The notes under the pieces were generated by a model. That model saw only the letters and a program-made list of their open reading frames with translations, did no database searches and was not told where the DNA came from. Shown here piece by piece: positions 27,881 through 36,008 of a stretch of 64,000 nt of DNA; within the stretch, counting starts at the first letter, position 1; every line of letters starts with the position of its first letter. The stretch is from the NCBI GenBank assembly GCA_029287915.1, contig JARFQE010000096.1, forward strand, positions 3,238-67,237, written 5' to 3'. The stretch comes from Arenicellales bacterium. GTDB taxonomy: Bacteria; Pseudomonadota; Gammaproteobacteria; BMS3Bbin11. The translations under genes were made by a program, and so were the position numbers.

Positions 27881-30106
27881 ATGTCAAACTTATCCATAGT
27901 AATCGCACCTGTTAATAAATTGCTTCTGTTCGTTGCACTTTTTCTTGTCTCACAGATGTGGACGAGTACAGCTCTTGCCGATGCAATATCCAAACAGCCA
28001 AAAATTGGCCTGGCGCTGAGTGGCGGTGGTGCACGTGGCGCCGCACATATTGGCGTCATCAGGGAACTGGAAAGGCAAAATATCCGCATCGACTATATTG
28101 CCGGTACCAGCATGGGCGCTATTATTGCCGGTCTCTACGCCTCTGGTATGAGTGTTGACCAGATTGACCAGGCCTATCGCAGCATAGACTGGAAACATGT
28201 CCTCAATGATTCACCACCGCGTCAGGATCTATCGATGCGGCGCAAGTTTGATCAGTCTGTTTTCCAGCTGGATAAAAAAATTGGCATCAAGAATGGTAAA
28301 GTCGATGTTCCAGCAGGCGTGATCCGGGGTCAGAAACTGGAGCTGGAACTGCAGAAGCTCTTGATGCACGTCGCAGAAATTGATGATTTCGATAAGCTCG
28401 TCATCCCATTCCGTGCGATTGCCTCGGATATTGCCAGCAATCAGGTTGTCGTTCTCGGCTCCGGCAGCCTGTCCCAGGCTTTACGTGCAAGCATGGCAGT
28501 GCCAGGTGTGTTTACACCGGTGAAGGTTGATGACAGATTGCTGGTCGATGGAGGCATTACCAATAACCTCCCTGTGGATGTCGTCAGAAAAATGGGAGCT
28601 GACATTGTTATCGCGGTGGATATTGGCAGCCCGTTTTTGAAGATGGACGAAACAGTTAACATCTTTACTGTTGCCGAGCAATTGACCAATATCCTTGTCC
28701 GGCGCACTACCGACCAGCAAATAAATACACTGGCTAATGATGATGTTCTCATTGTACCGGAACTTGGAACTTTCTCAGCGGGTAACTTTACCGGCTCCGC
28801 TTCACTGATTCAGAAAGGTGAGGCAGCGGCACAGGAAAAAATTTCCAGCTTGGCTCAGCTGGTAAGTCCAAATCCTGTGCCATCGGCAAAACCAGAAGCA
28901 TGCCCGTCATGTCAACTGGCATTACCGGTAATCAGTTATGTCAGGGTCAACAATGATTCCCAGGTCGATGATGAATATCTACGACAAATGCTGCAGCAGC
29001 AGACCGGTCAGCCACTTGATGTGCCCACACTGGAGCAGGATATAGGTCGTATCTATGGTCTCGGGATATTTGACAGTGTTCAGTACGACCTGGAGAAAAC
29101 AGGGAGTGAAACGGGACTAGTGCTGAAGGTTCGGGAACAGCCCTGGGGCCCGAACTATCTGCAGTTTGGTCTTACCCTGTCGAGTGATTTTGCTAATTCA
29201 AATCGGTTCTCGGTCCGTTTTGGTTATACCAAAATGCCCATCAACAGGCTCAATGGTGAATGGCGTACGATATTTTCACTGGGCGAAGAACCGGGCATAG
29301 AAACCGATCTATACCAACCGCTGGCAATTGGCTCTCCCTGGTTCATCGAGCCATCTGCCTTCGCGATAAACAATAAATACAACGTATTAGAAAATGAGAA
29401 TATCATTGCTGAAACAAGTGTTACTCGTGTGGGTGCGGCGATTGCACTGGGTCGTGAGTTCAACAGTCTGGGTAATATGCGGTTGGGGCTGAGGCGATAT
29501 GCCGGTCGAACTGAGATCACTGTTGGTGATCCTGATCTGCCAGAACAGGATATCGATGCAGGGGAAATTTATCTCGATGCGCGGTATGACTCGCTGGATG
29601 ACCTCTTTTTTCCGCGTCGGGGCTGGAAAGGCGATTTCGGCTGGCTTGGTTCGAGGACGCAGCTTGGTGCCGATAGTGACTACGATCAGGCCACGGTCAG
29701 GGTTCTTACTGCAAAAACATGGGGCAGGCATACTCTGCAGTTGGGTGGAAGAATCATGACCACCTATAACGGTGAAGCACCAATACAGAGTTACTTCCGC
29801 CTGGGCGGTTTGTTCACACTGCCAGGCTACAGCGAGAATGAGCTGGCTGGCCAGGATGCTGTGTTGTTTAAGGCTGGCTATCTCCGCGCGACTAAGCCGC
29901 TACTTTCCATGCCAACGTACCTGGGTGCAACACTACAATACGGTGACGTCTTTCAGGACAATGATGATATTCAGATTTCAGACATGAAAGTGGCTGCCGC
30001 CGTGTATCTAGGACTACAAAGTGTCATTGGTCCGCTTTACATCGGTTACGGGCTGGCTGATAGTGGGGAAAACCGTGTGTATTTGACTATCGGGGGCTTG
30101 CAGTGA
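27881..30106 (+). CDS. Patatin-like phospholipase fused to a POTRA plus Omp85/surface-antigen beta-barrel (PlpD-like, type Vd secreted lipase)
   Basis: After a signal peptide come the patatin motifs GLALSGGGARGAAHIGV and GTSMGA (Ser nucleophile), then DGG. The C-terminal roughly 350 aa are beta-barrel-like and end in an aromatic-rich region. Confidence 0.9.
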   Translation: MSNLSIVIAPVNKLLLFVALFLVSQMWTSTALADAISKQPKIGLALSGGGARGAAHIGVIRELERQNIRIDYIAGTSMGAIIAGLYASGMSVDQIDQAYRSIDWKHVLNDSPPRQDLSMRRKFDQSVFQLDKKIGIKNGKVDVPAGVIRGQKLELELQKLLMHVAEIDDFDKLVIPFRAIASDIASNQVVVLGSGSLSQALRASMAVPGVFTPVKVDDRLLVDGGITNNLPVDVVRKMGADIVIAVDIGSPFLKMDETVNIFTVAEQLTNILVRRTTDQQINTLANDDVLIVPELGTFSAGNFTGSASLIQKGEAAAQEKISSLAQLVSPNPVPSAKPEACPSCQLALPVISYVRVNNDSQVDDEYLRQMLQQQTGQPLDVPTLEQDIGRIYGLGIFDSVQYDLEKTGSETGLVLKVREQPWGPNYLQFGLTLSSDFANSNRFSVRFGYTKMPINRLNGEWRTIFSLGEEPGIETDLYQPLAIGSPWFIEPSAFAINNKYNVLENENIIAETSVTRVGAAIALGREFNSLGNMRLGLRRYAGRTEITVGDPDLPEQDIDAGEIYLDARYDSLDDLFFPRRGWKGDFGWLGSRTQLGADSDYDQATVRVLTAKTWGRHTLQLGGRIMTTYNGEAPIQSYFRLGGLFTLPGYSENELAGQDAVLFKAGYLRATKPLLSMPTYLGATLQYGDVFQDNDDIQISDMKVAAAVYLGLQSVIGPLYIGYGLADSGENRVYLTIGGLQ

Positions 30107-30397
30107 CTATGTCTGTAAAGCTCCTGCTATCTGCAGCTGACCTGACCAGTATTTCCGGTGACTGTTGGTTCGAAAGTTTATTAAAGCCTGTTAAAACCTT
30201 CCTTATCATTAAGCACACCAGGCACGAAAACGACCAGAATATTATTCTTTGCTGTTGATGTTTGCCACAGCAGACCTATCGGGCCGATGGTCAGCTGTTG
30301 ACTGCATGCAACAAGTAGATGAAGCATGCTGAAAAGAAATACTGATTTATAACTGAGCTAAGATTGTCAGCTCGATTTGATCGCCTGAATGAGATTT

Positions 30398-31327
30398 TTA
30401 TTGTGCTGCAGCAACGTCTTCATTTACTGGTTTTTCTAGTGTTTCTTTGCTGCTATGGGTCTCTAGCTCGTTAGTCACTAACTGCTTTGGGGGTTCCGCC
30501 TGGTTCAGTTCAAATCCCCAGAAATCACTCAGTAAATAACCATAACTCTTATATTCATCCTTGTTGGTAGTAATCATTTCCTTGCCGCCAGCAAAGCGTT
30601 TTCGCAGTTTTTCTGTTGCAGCAACGCCCTCCGGGCTGAGTAAGGCCGCCTGCATTTCCTGCTGCGCGTCGGTAGGGATCCTGGTTGCAGCACTGATTGC
30701 CTGATGAGGCAGGCCAGTACTTTGAAACAATACTCGGGTTTGCTTCTGCTCATCACTTTTGTTCAATTTCTTATATACCTTGGCAGGGATGACAGCGGCA
30801 TCGCATTTGCGCGCTACCATTGCTTTATAAACATTCTTAAAGCCACGTACAACCTCAACCCTTGGTTGTCTTGCAGGATTTTTAAACTGTTCCTGCATAG
30901 TCAAGGTGGCTAGATTAGGGGGTGCATGGCCACAGATTGACTTGCCGGACAGATCATTTAGTTTGCTGACCTTTGCATTATCTTTTCTTGAAATTATAAC
31001 GAATTCCAGTTTGCCAGGTAAGCGGACCAGTGGAGTATGCTCGAGAGCTGCAACGCGCCAACTGACAAAGTGCGGTCCATCAAAAACCAGATCGAACTTG
31101 TCCATACGCATATCTTTCATATAGGAAAGCCAGTTATCAGGGTGCTTATAGGTAAATGTATGTCCTGTCTTCGCTGTAAGAAATTCAGCAATGGGGCCAT
31201 ATAGCTCCTTTCCCTGTACGGGTTTTTCACGAGGTGGAGCAGTAAAGACGTATTCGTCGGCCTGGGCTGCTGCCAGCATTGAACAGACAAGTACAAGACT
31301 TGCCATTAAACCTTTAACAAAATTCAT
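30398..31327 (-). CDS. PhnD/SsuA-type periplasmic substrate-binding protein (phosphonate/phosphite-like), orphan
   Basis: GGGAAGG RBS and a signal peptide are present. 'FVSWRVAALEHTPLVRLPGKLEFVIISRKD' is PhnD-like. No permease or ATPase gene is adjacent. Confidence 0.7.
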   Translation of the reverse strand: MNFVKGLMASLVLVCSMLAAAQADEYVFTAPPREKPVQGKELYGPIAEFLTAKTGHTFTYKHPDNWLSYMKDMRMDKFDLVFDGPHFVSWRVAALEHTPLVRLPGKLEFVIISRKDNAKVSKLNDLSGKSICGHAPPNLATLTMQEQFKNPARQPRVEVVRGFKNVYKAMVARKCDAAVIPAKVYKKLNKSDEQKQTRVLFQSTGLPHQAISAATRIPTDAQQEMQAALLSPEGVAATEKLRKRFAGGKEMITTNKDEYKSYGYLLSDFWGFELNQAEPPKQLVTNELETHSSKETLEKPVNEDVAAAQ

Positions 31328-31494
31328 AGTGCCTTCCCGAGATTATTTGAACAATTTGAAATGCACTTTTTTAGATTTATTGTGTACTGTGCATTTTCTC
31401 AATTTTATAACTATATGCCGCTGACGAGTCAGGGTTATCATTAGCATGGTTCAGTAATTATCTGCGGTCAAGGTAGCGTGGGCACTTTTTTATG

Positions 31495-31533
31495 ATCCAG
31501 AAAAAAGGCCTGCAGTGTACAAATGCTGCAGGC
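31495..31533 (-). terminator. Rho-independent terminator downstream of the lipoprotein gene
   Basis: On the minus strand, the stem gcctgcag / ctgcaggc (8 bp, 10-nt loop) is followed immediately by CTTTTTTCTGG. Confidence 0.6.
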
Positions 31534-31571
31534 ATGGGTGTTTAATTCAAACGCTATAGAACTATCTGCGC

Positions 31572-32198
31572 TTAATTTGCATAATCCTTGATGGCCTTGA
31601 AATCAATGCTATTGAAGTATTCCTTGAGCGTTTCTGACGACACCTTCTTATCACCATCAATTTTCACCATCACCTTGTTGGCAACCATTGATGTAAGAGA
31701 ATTATCACGCTCGTTGGCAATGGCTTTTTCACCACTTATTACTATTAATTTGTTGTCCTGACCCATAAACATTGGGTTGGAAAACATCATACCCATAGAC
31801 TGCATCAGTGGTGAATCAGTTGTGATTGAGATGGTAACGTTTTCTATGTTCCCTTCAGCTTTTCTTGTATATCGTCTTTCTGCACTAATTCCACCCCCAA
31901 ACATACCCGCTGCAGCAGCACTGCTCTTGCCATCATCTGCTTCCCAACCTTCAAGTGGCTCAGGCAGCAGCTTGCTGACCAGCTCACCTTTCTTTTGTCT
32001 AATCAGAGTTGAGGCTGAATCAAGAGCCGTGATAGCCGTATTATAGTCCTCTTTCCCATAGGCCTTTACTGCTTCATCAATCTGATCCGTGACGTCATCT
32101 GCCAACAGGTCTGTTGAACAGGAAAGAAACAGGGCAAGTGAGGCTGAAACAATAAGCGGTTTTTTGATATTAAATTTCCAGGGCTGGGTTTTGGGCAT
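31572..32198 (-). CDS. Putative lipoprotein (about 208 aa), function unknown
   Basis: GGAG RBS is present. The signal peptide has a lipobox (LALFLSC|S). There is a Gly/Ala-rich segment and a Met-rich stretch (SMGMMFSNPMFMG). It is divergent from oxyR. Confidence 0.55.
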   Translation of the reverse strand: MPKTQPWKFNIKKPLIVSASLALFLSCSTDLLADDVTDQIDEAVKAYGKEDYNTAITALDSASTLIRQKKGELVSKLLPEPLEGWEADDGKSSAAAAGMFGGGISAERRYTRKAEGNIENVTISITTDSPLMQSMGMMFSNPMFMGQDNKLIVISGEKAIANERDNSLTSMVANKVMVKIDGDKKVSSETLKEYFNSIDFKAIKDYAN

Positions 32199-32349
32199 GA
32201 GTGGCTCCATATTGAATGTAGTTGTTAATTATTTAAGTGTGAACTCGGGAACTGTTGATAAGTGTAATGTCATTCACCATAAAGATGAATACAAGTTAAT
32301 ATATTATTGATAATATCAATCGCGAGTAAAAGACCTATTTATATTTGAT

Positions 32350-33315
32350 ATGACAATTACAGAACTCCGCTATATCGTTGCAGTTGCCCGTGAAAGACAT
32401 TTTGGACGCGCCGCCAGTGCCTGTTTTGTCAGTCAGTCAACATTGAGTATCGGGGTGCGTAAGCTCGAAGATGAACTGGGGGTACCCCTGTTTGAGCGTG
32501 CACGGAAGGAAGTGACTTTGACTGCTAAAGGAGAACAAATTGTTGAGCAGGCCCAGCGGGTGCTTGAAGAAATTGACATCATCAAACAAATGGCTGAATC
32601 AGAAAAGGGTCCATTAGTCGGGGCATTGCGCATTGGTGCTATTCATACCATTGGTCCCTACCTTTTCCCAGGCCTGATACCCATGCTGCATGAGCAGGCA
32701 CCGGAAATGCCCCTTATTGTGCAGGAGAATTTTACAGCAAACCTGACAACGCTGCTTAAACAGGGGCAGCTCGATGTGATTATCATTTCCTATCCATATG
32801 ATGAGCCAGGTATAGTAACTATGCCTTTATACGATGAACCTTTTGTTATTGTAGTACCATCGGCACATCCGTGGGCAGAAAAAAAAACAATCTCACGAGA
32901 CATGTTACCTGAGGAAAACATCATGCTGCTGGGCGCCGGTAACTGCTTCCGTGACCAGGTTCTCGAATTCTGTCCTGACTGTCTGCAGGCCTCTCAAAAA
33001 GATATTGGCTTGCAGCAGACCCTGGAAGGTAGTTCGCTTGAGACTATACGCCACATGGTAATGAGTGGTATCGGAATTTCTGTTTTTCCTGCAACAGCTG
33101 CCGGCGCTCATGGGTATACGCATCGTCTGCTTGCTGTTAAGCGGTTATCGGGTAAACAACCCGTTCGGCGGGTGGCACTGGCCTGGAGAAAAAGCTTTCC
33201 CCGGCTGCAGGCCATTGTGACTATAACGCAGGCGATTCAACAGCTTGACCTTTCTAGCGTTAGTATGCTGCCGCCTGGTCCAGAACAGGTATCCTTTATT
33301 GATAAAATCAATTAA
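32350..33315 (+). CDS. oxyR: LysR-family redox regulator OxyR
   Basis: It is colinear with E. coli OxyR from the HTH (HFGRAASACFVSQSTLSIGVRKLEDELGVPLFER) through 'GNCFRDQVLEFCPDC', which carries the two redox Cys equivalents (C199/C208). Confidence 0.85.
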   Translation: MTITELRYIVAVARERHFGRAASACFVSQSTLSIGVRKLEDELGVPLFERARKEVTLTAKGEQIVEQAQRVLEEIDIIKQMAESEKGPLVGALRIGAIHTIGPYLFPGLIPMLHEQAPEMPLIVQENFTANLTTLLKQGQLDVIIISYPYDEPGIVTMPLYDEPFVIVVPSAHPWAEKKTISRDMLPEENIMLLGAGNCFRDQVLEFCPDCLQASQKDIGLQQTLEGSSLETIRHMVMSGIGISVFPATAAGAHGYTHRLLAVKRLSGKQPVRRVALAWRKSFPRLQAIVTITQAIQQLDLSSVSMLPPGPEQVSFIDKIN

Positions 33316-33385
33316 TATGTTTGTTACATTCAATTGGAACAAAATATCAGGTTTTTTTATCATTCACTCAGCGGATAAAACCGTT

Positions 33386-33395
33386 GGATTAATCC
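33386..33395. promoter_or_regulatory. Perfect 10-bp palindrome GGATTAATCC, 29 bp upstream of the rubrerythrin start. Candidate operator.
   Basis: Seen directly within 'ggataaaaccgttggattaatcc'. It lies between oxyR and the rubrerythrin AAAGGAG RBS. Confidence 0.3.
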
Positions 33396-33423
33396 ACAGC
33401 ATTATTTTAAAAAGGAGTTAAAA

Positions 33424-33843
33424 ATGTCGTTGAAAGATAGCAAAACAGAACAGAACCTGAAAGATGCCTTTGCCGGTGAATCACAGGCTAACCGTCGTTA
33501 CCTTTACTTCGCTGCAAAAGCAGACGTCGAAGGATATAACGATGTAGCGGCAGTTTTCCGTTCAACCGCTGAAGGTGAAACAGGCCACGCGCATGGTCAC
33601 CTGGAATACCTGGAAGAAACTGGTGATCCTGCAACTGGTCTGCCAATCGGTGGTACGGCAGATAATCTGAAAGCATCCATTGCCGGTGAGACCCATGAAT
33701 ATACAGATATGTACCCCGGTATGGCGAAAGATGCACGTGATGAAGGTTTTGACGAAATCGCGGACTGGATGGAAACCCTGGCGAAGGCCGAGCGTTCCCA
33801 TGCAAACCGTTTCCAGAAAGCCCTCGACTCACTCGATAGCTAA
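33424..33843 (+). CDS. Rubrerythrin-family di-iron protein (erythrin-type, no rubredoxin domain)
   Basis: Two E..H di-iron ligand helices are present ([10 protein letters not shown]; [11 protein letters not shown]…ERSHANRF). AAAGGAG RBS is present. The protein is 139 aa. Confidence 0.9.
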   Translation: MSLKDSKTEQNLKDAFAGESQANRRYLYFAAKADVEGYNDVAAVFRSTAEGETGHAHGHLEYLEETGDPATGLPIGGTADNLKASIAGETHEYTDMYPGMAKDARDEGFDEIADWMETLAKAERSHANRFQKALDSLDS

Positions 33844-33856
33844 TCTGCAATAGACG

Positions 33857-33889
33857 GGGAGGGCATATCGCCCTCCCTTTTACTTTTTC
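33857..33889 (+). terminator. Strong intrinsic terminator or attenuator after rubrerythrin (GGGAGGGC-atatc-GCCCTCCC + TTTTACTTTTTC)
   Basis: An 8-bp GC stem is followed by a T-rich tract. The next gene starts only 19 nt downstream, so partial read-through is implied. Confidence 0.7.
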
Positions 33890-33907
33890 ACAACAGGGCT
33901 TTTGAAT

Positions 33908-35254
33908 ATGGCAACAACACAACGTGAAGGAAATCTAGAGGCTCCTACCAGACATAACATAAACTGGAAGGACCCCGACTTCTTTAATGAAGATTCGCTG
34001 TATAAGGAGCTTGAACGTGTTTATGACCATTGCCACGGATGTCGTCGTTGCGTCAGCCTGTGTCAGTCATTTCCCGTGTTGTTTGATCTCGTCGACGAAT
34101 CACCAACCATGGAAGTAGATGGTGTCGACAAGAAAGATTATATGAAGGTCGTTGATCAGTGCTATCTGTGCGATCTCTGCTATATGACCAAATGCCCATA
34201 TACACCACCGCATGAATGGAATATCGATTTTCCTCACCTGATGCTGCGAGCCAAAGCAGTGAAATTCAGGAAGGGTGAAGTACGCACACGTGATAAAATA
34301 CTTACTTCAACGGATGCTGTCGGGAAACTGGCCGGTATTCCTGTTGTGGTTAACTTTGTTAATGCATCAAATCGTAATCAGACAATGCGTAAGGCACTGG
34401 AAAAGACCCTTGGCGTCAGTGCTCGAGCACATGTGCCGGAATATCACTCCAGCACCTTCCGTAAGCAACAGAAATCACGTGATGGTTTGACTGCCAGCCA
34501 GGTGACAGCGGGCACTAAAACACATGGCAAGGTCGCGCTGTTTGCAACCTGCTATGCCAACTATAATGAACCTGCCGCCGCTAGAGATATAGTCTCTGTA
34601 CTGGAACATAATGGAATCCCCGTGACGCTGGCAGAAAAAGAAACATGCTGCGGCATGCCAAAACTTGAACTGGGTGACCTGCATGCTGTAGAAGAAGCAA
34701 AAAACTTGAATATACCGGCACTGGCAGCCATGGTTGATGCTGGTTGGGATCTTGTTTCTCCAGTGCCTTCGTGCACACTGATGTTCAAGCAGGAGCTGCC
34801 ATTGCTGTTTCCGGAAGATGCCGATGTGAAAAAAGTTGCAGATGCCTTCTACGATCCGTTTGAATATCTTGCACAGCGGCACAAAGAGGGATTACTGAAT
34901 ACTGATTTTAAATCTGGTGTTGGCAAGGTTTCCTATCATGTTGCCTGTCATCAGCGCGTACAGAATATCGGGCCTAAAACACGTGATGTACTGAGCCTGA
35001 TCCCAGATATTGAAATTGAAACCATTGAACGTTGTTCCGGCCATGATGGCACTTATGGCGTTAAGGCAGAAACATTCGATTTTGCTGTCAAGATCGGCCG
35101 CCCGGTGGCGAATCGAATCAAGAAAAATGAGCCCGATCATTTCACCTCTGACTGCCCCATTGCAGGGCACCATCTGGCAAATATACTCGGAAATGACAAC
35201 GAACCAACACATCCAATGAGCCTGCTGAGGATGGCTTATGGGCTGGGAGAATAG
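33908..35254 (+). CDS. (Fe-S)-binding protein with 2x[4Fe-4S] ferredoxin motifs and two CCG cysteine-rich domains (HdrD/GlpC/GlcF-like)
   Basis: CHGCRRCVSLC and CYLCDLCYMTKCP (CxxCxxCxxxC(P)) are present, then the CCG domains 'ETCCGMP…C' and 'CSGHDGTYG'. The ATG is at 33908; the caller's TTG lies 6 nt upstream. Confidence 0.85.
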   Translation: MATTQREGNLEAPTRHNINWKDPDFFNEDSLYKELERVYDHCHGCRRCVSLCQSFPVLFDLVDESPTMEVDGVDKKDYMKVVDQCYLCDLCYMTKCPYTPPHEWNIDFPHLMLRAKAVKFRKGEVRTRDKILTSTDAVGKLAGIPVVVNFVNASNRNQTMRKALEKTLGVSARAHVPEYHSSTFRKQQKSRDGLTASQVTAGTKTHGKVALFATCYANYNEPAAARDIVSVLEHNGIPVTLAEKETCCGMPKLELGDLHAVEEAKNLNIPALAAMVDAGWDLVSPVPSCTLMFKQELPLLFPEDADVKKVADAFYDPFEYLAQRHKEGLLNTDFKSGVGKVSYHVACHQRVQNIGPKTRDVLSLIPDIEIETIERCSGHDGTYGVKAETFDFAVKIGRPVANRIKKNEPDHFTSDCPIAGHHLANILGNDNEPTHPMSLLRMAYGLGE

Positions 35255-35256
35255 CA

Positions 35257-35838
35257 ATGGATAAACTGCAAAGATCTGATCTCTATTCACTCGAAAACTA
35301 CGCTGCCATACGCAATGAGTTTCGGTCAAAAGTGATGCAACACAAGAAGCACAGGAGCATTCAACTTGGTGAAAACCTGCGCCTGTTGTTTGAAGACAGA
35401 CTGACGATTCAGTATCAGATCCAGGAAATGCTACGGATAGAAAAGATTTTTGAAGCAGATGGCATAGAAGAAGAGCTGCAAGCCTATAATCCGTTAATCC
35501 CAGATGGTCAGAACCTGAAGGCGGTAATGATGATCGAGTTCAGTGACGTGAACGAGCGCAAAGGGGCACTGGAAAAGCTGATCGGAATTGATCGTAACGT
35601 CTGGTTGAAAGTTGATGGCTTTGAGAAGGTTTCTCCGATAAGTAATGAAGACCTGGATCGTGAAACAGAAGAAAAAACCTCGTCGGTTCATTTTATGCGT
35701 TTTGAATTTACACCTGAGATGATAACGGCTATGAAAAATGGTGCATCAGTGAGCGCCGGTGTTGAGCATCCAGAATATCAGCATGAGCTTATCATCGATG
35801 AAAGTATACGGCAGAGTCTAGTTGAAGATTTTGACTAA
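35257..35838 (+). CDS. DUF3501 family protein
   Basis: The protein is 193 aa and its start is 2 nt after the Fe-S gene stop, using GGGAGAA within that gene's end as the RBS. The assignment is from memory of this family's size and its neighbourhood with rubrerythrin/Hdr-like genes. Confidence 0.6.
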   Translation: MDKLQRSDLYSLENYAAIRNEFRSKVMQHKKHRSIQLGENLRLLFEDRLTIQYQIQEMLRIEKIFEADGIEEELQAYNPLIPDGQNLKAVMMIEFSDVNERKGALEKLIGIDRNVWLKVDGFEKVSPISNEDLDRETEEKTSSVHFMRFEFTPEMITAMKNGASVSAGVEHPEYQHELIIDESIRQSLVEDFD

Positions 35839-35985
35839 ATCGTAGTTGTTCTCATTCATTGCAGTTTTTTCCCCATGACCTATAATCAAGCAGAATGCTG
35901 GGTCAAGCGACCTTTTTGCTATAAATGAAATAAAAACCATTTACCATACGGCGAGAATGAAAGGGGAAGCAATACTAACAAAGAT

Positions 35986-36005
35986 ACCTGTGATTTTTCA
36001 CAGGT
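35986..36005. promoter_or_regulatory. Perfect inverted repeat ACCTGTG-attttt-CACAGGT ending 3 nt before the ATG of the 529-aa gene
   Basis: Seen directly. It overlaps the only SD-like element (AGGT), so it could sequester the RBS in mRNA or serve as an operator. Confidence 0.35.
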
Positions 36006-36008
36006 CAA

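Noticed and set aside
30491-30510. tRNA-like T-arm motif 'gttcaaatcccc'
   Set aside because: It lies inside the PhnD-like CDS with no acceptor or anticodon stem context. No tRNA is supported anywhere in the window.
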